Origin: Macrostomum lignano
Taxonomy: Eukaryota
DNA: 64,000 nucleotides
Direction: 5' to 3'
Assembly: GCA_002269645.1 (NCBI GenBank)
Contig: NIVC01000734.1
Coordinates: 196,882 to 260,881, forward strand
Each line of letters begins with the position of its first letter. The first letter of the stretch is position 1. The notes beneath the pieces are model-generated. The model was not told the DNA's origin. It saw only the letters and a program-made list of their open reading frames with translations, and searched no databases. The position numbers and the translations under genes are program-made. Positions 10,793 to 21,265 of the stretch are shown piece after piece.

Positions 10793-12974
10793 CTAGGCGG
10801 ATATTGCTACACCTCTATTGCTGCCAACCCAAGGGCATCGCCTATCCAGCTCAATTTTGGGGGCCAGGCCAAGGGGGCGGGAAGAGGCACCAGGGGCAAG
10901 AGGACACCGGACTCAGCCGGTTGTCCCCGGTTCGGGACGAACATCCTTCCCAGGACTCCAATCCACTGTCAGGATGAGAGCCAGAGACACGCAAGCAGGG
11001 ACCGTCAGCAGGAGCCAGGAGATGGACCCGAGGACAGGGCAAGATGGACCGGGCGAGGGCAGAGCTCATAACTCCGAAGATTGGAAGGCTTCTAGTGGCC
11101 AGATAAAAGGTTAAAAGAATAAAAAAGCCACAAAGGCACAAAGCAAAGGGATAAAACAGCACTGGGATGCCAGCCCAGAAAAAAAGAATGGCAGAAAGGA
11201 GGAGCACCATAGCCCTAAAGCAGGCAGCTTGCCGACCTGCAGCCCGGGTGCTCAGCCTCAGGGCTGGCAGTCTACTGGGTCTACCGTACACCTTTGTGAA
11301 TTGGTCATTCTTTCCTGCAGGGCGGGTACGACCGGGGGCTCAGTCCCGTCCTAGCCCCACTGCAGTCCAGATATCCAACTCACTCCGGGCACCCCCCCCC
11401 CCTAACCCAGGGCCGATGGCCAAAATTATTGGAGTACGAAAAAGAATAGGGTTATTTTTAGACTGGGCACAGCCCCTCCGGGGCGGACCCTTAGTTATTG
11501 GGCTAGCCAAGGCTAGGCCAATCGGATTGCGCATAACCCTTAGACAAGCTACCAGAGAGGCAACCAGGGTAAAAACAGTCAGAGACCGTCTTTTCTCTCC
11601 GTTTGCTGCTTAGCTCTCTTTGCGTTAATACATTAAACTTTATTAATATTTTACCGGCGCACCCGGTACGCCGGACTCATCAGTCGATAGGCCGTCTCAT
11701 TAATTCTTTCACACTAGCTATTATCTTGTATTAATATTAATTGCCGACAATAATAAAAAACAGCAATATTAATAAGTAATCGTTCGTTTATTAAGTCCGT
11801 AAGTTTATATTGAGTTATTTGCCCGTGGGGCGTAAAACAACCCAAAGTTCTCAACTCAAAGAAACTCTAAGACTTCAACGTTCCGTAATATTCCTTAAAT
11901 TACAATGGTGGCAGCTCTACCCTACTATTAGTAATCAGCTCAACAAAACGACACTTTAAGTTACGGTGTCAGAATCTCCGGTGTCTGCCATCTAAACGAC
12001 CGTGCCGCTCTAACGACCGCTCTGCTACGATTACGACTACGACTACCGGAATTGATCAGGACCCCGGCAGTCGGAGTAAAACAGGAGAAAAGAATTTCGT
12101 TGTGATTCGTCTGCGCGATTTTCCGGATTTAATTCGTGCGAACTCAACGCCAGCGGCAAATTCAAACGCGGAATCCGCCCATCTCATTGGTGTCAGCAAA
12201 ACCCGTGTGTTCCAAGAAAATTTTCTCCGCCCCCACCTCAATAGGGCAGCTTTAGAAAAAAACGGTTTCCCGAATGGCACGATCGTTATTTGCACGGTAC
12301 TGTGTAAATACTGCCGGGGTTATTTGCCTAATAATAAATACCTGATTAAATAGATATATTTTCATAATGAGTTACTTTATGAATTACTTTATGTTACTTT
12401 AGTAACTGTAGGGTAGGCGTTTGTTCGCTTGTTATTAATTAATTATGCAAAGTACAAGTGTCTACCCTTGGTGCGTACCAAGCAGCAGCTTTGCTAGTTC
12501 GCCAGGTGGCCGTGGTTTAATTCCAGGGGAGGGTAAGAAAGCGGTCTGTAGACTCTTCGTTGGGGTTACTTGTGTCCAAACGGTCTTTAGACACCGAAGT
12601 ATATAATTAACTGCAAGTCGATAAACCAATGAACATATAGCGTGATCGAAGCTGCCACGCCCTGCATGCACGCGGTACTGCAGGTATAAAAACACATACT
12701 CAGGGGTGTCGAAACCGGAGGGGCATGGGGGCTGGAGCCCCCCCCCCACTTTTTAGCATGCTCCTGCAAGTGCCCTTTTTGAATTTTAAACAAGTGTTGG
12801 CCGGTTTTATGGGCTTTAGCTTTTCTCGAGTTTCGGGAGCAAGGGTACAAGCAGGAGCGAGAGGACACCGTTGCTATCCACACACTAGAGGAGATCAATG
12901 TAAATGTAAGAATAAAGAATGTACATTCCATTACAGTTTTTTTCTAAATGTGCCTAAGCCTAGTGCTTTTAGTG

Positions 12975-13694
12975 CAGGGGTGGGCAAACTTTTAACCTCA
13001 AGGGCCAGATTGAGAACCAAGCTCATGATGCCCTTCTGGGTCCGCTTCGCTGCCATGCAGCCGCTGCATGGGCCCCATAAGAAGCGGACCCAGGAGTCCT
13101 GATGACTGCGGGCCAGAGGAGGGAGAGAGGGTAAGGAATAGAAAAGAGAAATACGAGCATTTAGGAGAAAGGAGAGGCGAATGAATAAAGGAGAAGAGAG
13201 TGTATGAGAGGAGAGATGAAAAGGAGAGACAGGAGAAGGGAGATAAATGAGGAGAGGAGAGAGGAGGGAAGGGAGAAGAGAATGGAGAGGAAAAGGGAGA
13301 TGAGAGGAGACGAAAGAGGTGAGCAGCTAAGAGAGGTGAGGAGATGAGAGGAGACGAAAGAGGTGAGCAGCTAAGAGAGGTGAGGAGATGAGAGGAGAAA
13401 GGTATAGAGTTAGAGAGAGAAGAGAGGTCACGGCGTGTTAAATTTTTTTGAATAAAGGCTACCGCGGTTTCAAGCCTCTAGGCTCTTCATCAGGCCAAAA
13501 AATTCCAAATTTGTCAGGAGAGAGGAGAGGAGAGGAGAGGACAAGAGAGAATATGAGAAGAGAGATGTGAGAGAGAAGAGATCTAAGAAGAGACACAAAC
13601 ATAGAGTGGGCTGGATTGCTATTGTGAAGATTCAAAGGACCCAAGGGCCCGATAGAGAGACTTGCGGGCCGACCTGGAAGTTTGCCGACCCCTA
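12975..13694. mobile_element. hAT/Charlie-like non-autonomous element with internal GA-rich repeats
   Basis: CAGGGGTGGGCAAACT... and ...AGTTTGCCGACCCCTA termini with GGGCC subterminal motifs. TSD not clean. Confidence 0.55.
13457..13496 (-). ncRNA. Minimal type I hammerhead ribozyme motif (Penelope-associated type)
   Basis: Minus strand: GGC CUGAUGA A GAGCC UAGA GGCUU GAAAC CGCG GUA GCC. Catalytic core present, stem I GGC/GCC, stem II 5 bp, short stem III with palindromic CGCG loop, GUA cleavage triplet. Confidence 0.6.
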
Positions 13695-14123
13695 TAGTTT
13701 AGTATTTAGCTTTTTTAATTTGGCGTCTCTGATCGAAATCCCAAGCTGAATTAAACCGCTGCTGGCGCTGCAACCAAAATCACTAAAATGCTGTCAGCTA
13801 AAACAATAGAGAAACTGAAGGAGGCAGCCAAGAGATCCAGAAAATTACTGATCTTGCCCTTGCAAATTTCATTCATTGAGATATTTACTAAATTATAAAT
13901 TAATTGATTAGTTCAGTACAGTAGCGCATGTTTGAATCAGTTGAAAATTCGTGCATTTTCAGACTTTAGCTATACTCAGCAACAGTTAAAAGTTCCACCC
14001 TCCAAATTTCGAAAACTTCACTCACAATTCAACCTCAAGTTCCGCAACTAAGCCGCCGCGAGGAAGGGAAAGTTGATTGACTATCAATACTCGTAGTAAA
14101 ATCGTACATTTTTTATGCAATAT

Positions 14124-14532
14124 TCAGTTAGAATCGCGATGCGTGTGGGATCCCCTCACACGCAGAAGTGCGACGACTCTGCGGGGCATCCCAAGGATGA
14201 GGCAGCGCAGAAAGTCCTGAGGGAGCTGCTCCGAAGCGTTTTCAATGGCATGACGTAGAGCTCTCCGCAACATTGTCGGCTGATTTTCCATGCAGGAATG
14301 GCATTCTTGCACTCTTTTGCGTGCAGAAATGGATGTCTATGGTAAAATCTCACTGAAAAAGCATTAGGCGCAAAAAGTATTCTCTTTTCGAATGCTACGT
14401 TTTAGGAAGTCCCAGACATGCTCGATGGAATTCATGTCTGGGGACCGAGAAGGCCAGCGCAGAGTGCGCAGCTGTAGCTGCTCCTTCAGTTGACTAACAG
14501 CATCGGCTTGGTGTGGCGGGGCGTTGTTCCTG
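14124..14532 (-). mobile_element. Tc1/mariner transposase C-terminal fragment (degenerate)
   Basis: NAPPH...LRWPSRSPDMNSIEHVWDFLKR and EQLPQDFLRCLILGMPRRVVALLRVRGSHT, split across frames. Confidence 0.8.
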
Positions 14533-15428
14533 GGCTTGGGTCTGCTTAATGTCCAGGCCTGGACCATAAGCAGACCCAAGCCACCCCCAAGCGGCAATAA
14601 GCTTTGCGCGTGCCGTAGGTTGCGTCACTCGCAATAAGTGAAAAAATCATCTCGCTTAGTGGGGTTGAACATTTGACTGTTGCTGAGTATTCTTCCAACA
14701 CATGGCTTATAGAATATTGGCCTGGTTGTCAGAATGTCACAAATTGACATAACAACAGGAGTTAGGGTGCCCTCAGATTAAAAAAAAAATTATGTGCAAT
14801 GTGCCCTCTCACAATATCCCCCCCCCACTTTGAAATATGTTTCGACACCGCTTGCACATACACGGGGATCGCCTCCTAAAACTTTCCAATAACGTAGTTT
14901 CCCATTCTTCTATTTGAGTAGTCCTTGATCATTGAATAATAGCGTCGGAACTTCGAGACGTCTCTTCGATTTGATTTTCGATTGAGTGGGCGGTGCGTGC
15001 GAGACGAACCAAAAACGCAGAAAAGGAATAATTACATTTATAACTTAACCTTAATGCAAATACATGTATAGTATATAACATGTACGCTCGTAATTGGCCC
15101 GTATATACTGCAGGGTTATTGTAGCATTAAAAGGGGGGATTAGTACGAGCGCGTATAGTTCCATGAGCTAGACCAACGGCTGGTCCATCTGTAAGAGGCC
15201 AAAATGACACGATTTATCCGGGACCATCCGCTGGACAACAAGGAGCACAATTAAAACACGAACTTCCAACGGGTGGACCCCACCCTTTAACAAAAATCAA
15301 GTTGACAGTGTTAGTCCCCACTAACGCTTTTTTAGTTTCCCACTAATTTGCAAATTGAAGAAGAAAAAATCTACGAAAAATACGAACTCAGTATCAAGTA
15401 TGGACTTTGGCTACACATGGCCAGCGTA

Positions 15429-15499
15429 CAGCAATTCAACGTCGGCAATATCGGCCGACGTTTCCGATGCACCAACGACGTCGGTAAATTGATGTACTG
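15429..15499. mobile_element. 71-bp TA-flanked CAG...CTG mini element with ACGTCGG/CCGACGT subterminal motifs
   Basis: TA|CAGCAATTCAACGTCGG ... GACGTCGGTAAATTGATGTACTG|TA. Same terminal motifs as the element at 53732-54780. Confidence 0.5.
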
Positions 15500-16324
15500 T
15501 AAAAGTATTACTACATACTAGCAAACTATCTTGGACCCGTTGACCTTATTCTTTCTAACAATTAAACAATTAGGTAAATCTGGCTGTCTGTTTAATGGCA
15601 AGAAATCCCAGTTGTACATATGTAGCCATAGCAACTCTGGGGATCCCATCGTTAAACACCGCTAGTCCCTTAAAAGTGGGCCGGATCACCATGGGGGTTA
15701 TTCCGAATACCCTAAATCGACGACCCCCTCCGTTATTCACTAAATATATCTCGACATCTAGAGGTCGAAAAATAACATTTGAAAGGTCTTCTTTTGAGTG
15801 GCTTTAAGGCATAAATCCGCATGCATAGTGTTATAGGTAAGTTACATCCGGAATATTGAAGAGCAGCTCTTCGTGGATTACTGCACCTGCACCTGTTCAA
15901 TTCATTTTCTGTGCGTGCTGAATCCACAAGAGGAAGCTTTGCTAGTCGGTTCATTTTTTACTGAATAATTGGCTCCCTTTCTGCAGCCAAAAAGCAGTTC
16001 TCAAAAGACACAATAGACCAATGGCTTATATGTGCCACTTAAGATGAAATCGGATATTGCCGATTTATGCACACTTCAGCAATGGACCAATATATTTTGA
16101 TCGAAGGTCAGTCCTACCTGACAACTGAGTGAGCACTGCTGCACCTTCAACTGTGCTAATTGATGCATGAACCCTATGATTGACTGACTGGTGCCACCGT
16201 GAATTCAATGCTTTAGACTTAAAACTGGTCGTCCTAAGTGAATGATATAGAGTTTTTCCCATAATACCAACTTTTGCCACCTCCTGACCCGACAAAGAGA
16301 CGGGAAGGGCCGCTAATAACTCGT

Positions 16325-16866
<542 letters not shown>

Positions 16867-17424
16867 GGTATCTAATTTAACGCACTTATTCTTCCCAGAT
16901 TCTAAAGTGTTTGCTAAAGTCTGCTTTCTATGTTGTGAAATTTAGACATGGTGGAGAAAATGATTATTATTAAATTGTAAACTGTAGCAAGTTTTTAGTC
17001 TGTGGACTACCAACCCACAAACAACCCATTTTTAGTATATAGGAAGTGCTTGTTTTCCTACGTGAACTGTCTAGTCTTTAGACTTAAAGCCATATTGACA
17101 CTCATACATCAAATCACAGCCCCCTCTCTCTGGATTGACGCAAACTAAATAACATTCAGCAAAAATCATGCCTGGCATGAATTGCCTATCTATGCATAGT
17201 CTGCATAGATTTTGTAAGGAAAATAACTGGAGCGAGCGCACGTTGATTTTTATTACCAGCCGATGGAATACGCGATCTGTAGAGCGGGGAGCTTGCCCAT
17301 AGTCGTTGGGAATAGTTGTTCACACAAAAACAAGTTCAACCGAAACAATGCTGTTTTGTTAAAATTCTGAATGTAGACCAGCTGCAGAGCGTGAGAGAAA
17401 GAGACAGACAGACACTAAGACTCT

Positions 17425-17683
<259 letters not shown>

Positions 17684-18071
17684 TTTCTCCACTTAGTGAA
17701 TACAGTAGCAGACATGTGGAGACTCTCAACAGTGCAAGATATTTTGCAAAAGGACGCTTTTATCTCTCATGGTTTATGCCCGTATTATCCCATAGGTTTA
17801 ATTGTGCCCACTAGGAAATCAATAGCAGCTTCAGTATATGAGCTTGAGTAGCAATGCATTGAATTCGCAGTTACTTGTATAACCTAAACTATAATTTTAC
17901 CATTGCTCCAACCCGAAGCCTGGAAGCATTCAGCAATCGCGAGTAGGGGAAGAGCAGAAGACGAATTCAGAGTAAAAGTAAATACACCCGATGACCTGGC
18001 AGTGACAGCGAGAGTGAGTTGTTACTGGCTATAGATACGGGCTTACTCCTCGCATAGCAGTGCCTGTGCAG

Positions 18072-18657
18072 CAGGTTTTTTTTTTACCCCAATTAGTACC
18101 CCATGGGGTATTAGTCAACTGATTTGGGGTACTATTTTGCCCATTAATACCCCAGAATGGGGTACTATTTTTTCGACTTTAATTCAAACAAGTTAAGCTT
18201 TTTTCTAAAATTTGCTGTTCAATTAAAATTCTGACTGGGCTGGTATGGGTCTTTGTACTAAGGTATATCCACTCGTGTGGTGAGTCAGACTGTCAGGCTA
18301 AAACTCTAAAAGTGAGAGAGGGTTGGAATTGGAAACTGATCTAATTAGAATTAGATTTAGATTAGATTGCGATACTGAAACGCCATCTAATTTACTTGAA
18401 ATTTCGAAATCTAGCTTGTTCAGCCTTCAACGAAAGACACAAGAATGCAGTCAAACATTAGCAGCTGTGTTTTAACTCTAAATATAGTCTTGATTAAGTT
18501 ATTTGACTGCGCCAGAATCAATTTTTATAAGAATTCAAGTAAACTACAGAGGCAAAATTAGAAATTTCATGGGGTATTACTCCTCCAAAATGGGGTACTA
18601 CTCAGAGGCTTGATACCCCAATTCGGGTACTAATCAATAGCGAAAAAAAAAACACTG
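18072..18657. mobile_element. hAT-like MITE (586 bp) with 8-bp TSD
   Basis: CTGTGCAG at 18064-18071 and 18658-18665. TIRs CAG(T)GTTTTTTTT. Clusters of GGGGTA/TACCCC subterminal motifs at both ends. Confidence 0.8.
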
Positions 18658-19149
18658 CTGTGCAGTCTTCCATTTCCTCCTCCCTAAATAACTCCTCCCT
18701 CGGCCTTTAGGATAGGTGATGAAGCCTGAACGACTAGCCCCAATGCAGTTAGGGAAACTGGATCGAGTTTTAGGCGATCTAGTCTAGAGCAGTCGAAATG
18801 AAATTAAATTTTGCTTAGCCTGGACTATCGCATTTCGAACTCCTTCACCATTCGCGGGTCCAAGAGATCGTGTTTTACTCGTACTACGACTATTTTTGGG
18901 CATTTTGATATCGATATTTTGCATCGGTTTCTATCTGCAATCAACTTCGTTTCAATATTAATCGGAAAGTTATTTCTAATCAGAATGAGGCATTAGTACT
19001 CGCGTACTTGAGTGTGCTCACGGACATTGGTTTGTGTGAGCTGTTATAATTCGGGCGACCTTGTTTTCCCTGCCCTGAAGTTTGCTGATCCCAGCTCCGA
19101 AGCGCATTTAACCTTGCCAAGAGTCCTTTGCTATTAGATGTGGCTACCC

Positions 19150-19917
19150 CTGCCTGAAGTGTCTACCATTACCCTGAAGTGTCTACCTCTGCACTAAAGT
19201 GTCTGTCCTTGCCGTTTAATGTCTTTCCTTGCCCTGAAGTGCAGGCCCTTGCCCTGAAGTGTCTCTCTTTGCCCTGAAGGGTCTCTCTTTGCCCTGAAGT
19301 GTCTCTCTTTGTCCTGAAGTTCCTTTCCTTGGCCTGAAGTGTCTCTCTTTGTCCTGAATTGTCTTCCTTTTCCCTGAAGTGTCTCTCTTCGCCCTGAAGT
19401 GTCTCTCATTGCCCTGGAGTGTCTCTTTGCCTTGAAGTGTCTACTCTTTGCCCTGAAGTGTCTATACAATTACCCTGAAGTGTCTATACAATTACCCTGA
19501 AGTGTCTATACAATTACCCTGAAGTGTCTATACAATTACCCTGAAGTGTCTACTCTTTGCCTTGAAGTGTCTATACAATTACCCTGAAGTGTCTATACAA
19601 TTACCCTGAAGTGTCTATACAATTACCCTGAAGTGTCTATACAATTACCCTGAAGTGTCTACTCTTTGCCTTGAAGTGTCTATACAATTACCCTGAAGTG
19701 TCTACTCTTTGCCTTGAAGTGTCTATACAATTACCCTGAAGTGTCTATACAATTACCCTGAAGTGTCTATACAATTACCCTGAAGTGTCTATACAATTAC
19801 CCTGAAGTGTCTACTCTTTGCCTTGAAGTGTCTATACAATTACCCTGAAGTGTCTACTCTTTGCCTTGAAGTGTCTATAGAATTACCCTGAAGTGTCTAC
19901 CCTTGCCCTGAAGTCTC
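19150..19917. repeat. 20-22-bp minisatellite (CCCTGAAGTGTCTATACAATTA and variants)
   Basis: Direct reading. Confidence 0.95.
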
Positions 19918-21265
19918 TACGGATACATTTGATCATTGCATTTCTGAAGCAAACATTTGTGAGTCATGGCACTCAAATAAACAAATATTCCAAAGTTCCG
20001 AAGTGATTTACTTTATTGCACAAAACAGAAAAATACACACAAATATATTTTATATTCTTTCGGGGCAAAAGGCGCAAAATACAAACTTTAAATGGCGGCT
20101 ATTCATGTGCAGAATATTGAATATTATTGAAGACAAATGTACAGTATTTTAGACTTTTTATTCAAAAAATTCATAAAGCTTTTAAAACAGGAAATTATAC
20201 GAAAAAATATCAGTTATTTCTTAGACAGAAATTCAAAGACAAAACGTAAATTAGGTGTTGCACAGGTGTAGTAGTATTAGTTCAATGACAACACAAATGC
20301 ACGAGAACAAGCCACTTTCAACATATTTTAATAGGAACGGCCAAAAATAGATTTTTGCAGTAAATTTTGTTAAATCGAAGCGATTTTTATAAGATTCAAC
20401 AACAACGGGGAAGAGAAAATATCTGTCAATCATTAAGTTCTCTGTAAACTGGCAAAAGATGCAACGGCAAGATCCGTCAGTTTTCTAGCGAATGTAAAAT
20501 CATCAGCCAAGTTGATCGTGAAGCCAAACAAAGTTGAGAATTGTTATTTGAAAGCTGTACATTCGGTCTTGCCCAATAGACATCAGCACAAAGAAGAATG
20601 TCATAGCAAGATTCTCAACTTGGTTGGCCCACAGATTCTATATAGTTACGCTAAGATGGGCCACTCCCCCTTTCTGCATGAAGGCACTTTGTCTATGGTT
20701 GGACTCGTCGATTCTAGACAGTAAGCAAAGGGACAGCTTTTGGGTTGGTCTAACTTGGCTGGCAGAAGCAACACTTGTGCAAGACCATAGACAATTTAAA
20801 GTAGAAGGACGCCTCAAATACGTAACATATTACCAACCGAATTTACGGCAAAATTACTTTTGCTGCTAATGGCAACCTACGGAGGGGTTTGGCTAACGGT
20901 GAATCCCCAAATTGATGCTTAATTAGGCCCGCCAACCGTAGATTGGAAAAGACACCGGAACCACCCTTCAGGGAACAGCTAGTGAGACACTGCTCACTAG
21001 TGGGGTGACGTCCATTCTCCGGCTACCCGCGTGGCTCCTGATCCTCAGGCAGTGAGGCATCTTCTAATGGTTCTAATATGTTTCCAGGTGTAATCTTTCT
21101 ATTAAAATAATTGTCTTGAAGGAACTTGCAATGACAACATTCTTATGCATGCAATCACGCTAATGCATTGTTGCCGCAGAAATCAGGACTTTCTTGAGAG
21201 TGTAAATATAGCGTCCAGTTCTAGCGAGTACTTTAGCTGTTGTGACTTTTCCGTCTACTCACTCT

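Larger units (their letters stand above)
7866..11589 (-). mobile_element. Putative TPRT-type retro-insertion (about 1.2 kb GC-rich body, interrupted by piggyBac)
   Basis: 16-bp direct repeat CTTTTCTCTCCGTTTG at 7850-7865 and 11590-11605. The minus-strand 3' end reads ...TTTAACAACAA, a short (CAA)n-like tail. No recognisable ORF. Confidence 0.45.
7696..12240. mobile_element. Solo-LTR-like repeat, copy B, apparently split by nested insertions
   Basis: 11807-12240 is similar to 6333-6771 and ends at the same CCCCACCTCA. ATAGG flanks at 7691-7695 and 12241-12245. 7740-7865 weakly resembles the left part of copy A. Confidence 0.35.
12701..14854. mobile_element. TIR element of the CAGGGG(C/T)GTCG type enclosing about 2 kb of other sequence
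   Basis: Left CAGGGGTGTCGAAAC, right GTTTCGACACCGCTTG. Flanks CACATACT (12693-12700) and CACATACA (14855-14862), 7/8 identical. Both ends share CCCCCCACTTT and GTGCCCT motifs. Confidence 0.65.

Noticed and set aside
10851-11291. ORF with faint resemblance to a DIRS tyrosine recombinase (LRVSGSHPD...RLSPV)
   Set aside because: No HSxRxG motif, and spacing to a later LGPW does not fit; an HMM search would be needed, and it is probably chance.
11660-11700. Other CUGAUGA hammerhead-like cores (also near 13100, 23750 and 31795)
   Set aside because: No stem II followed by GAAA in the right position.
12470-12545. tRNA-like sequence
   Set aside because: Only a degenerate B-box-like GTGGTTTAATTCC; no cloverleaf. 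At most an old SINE head.
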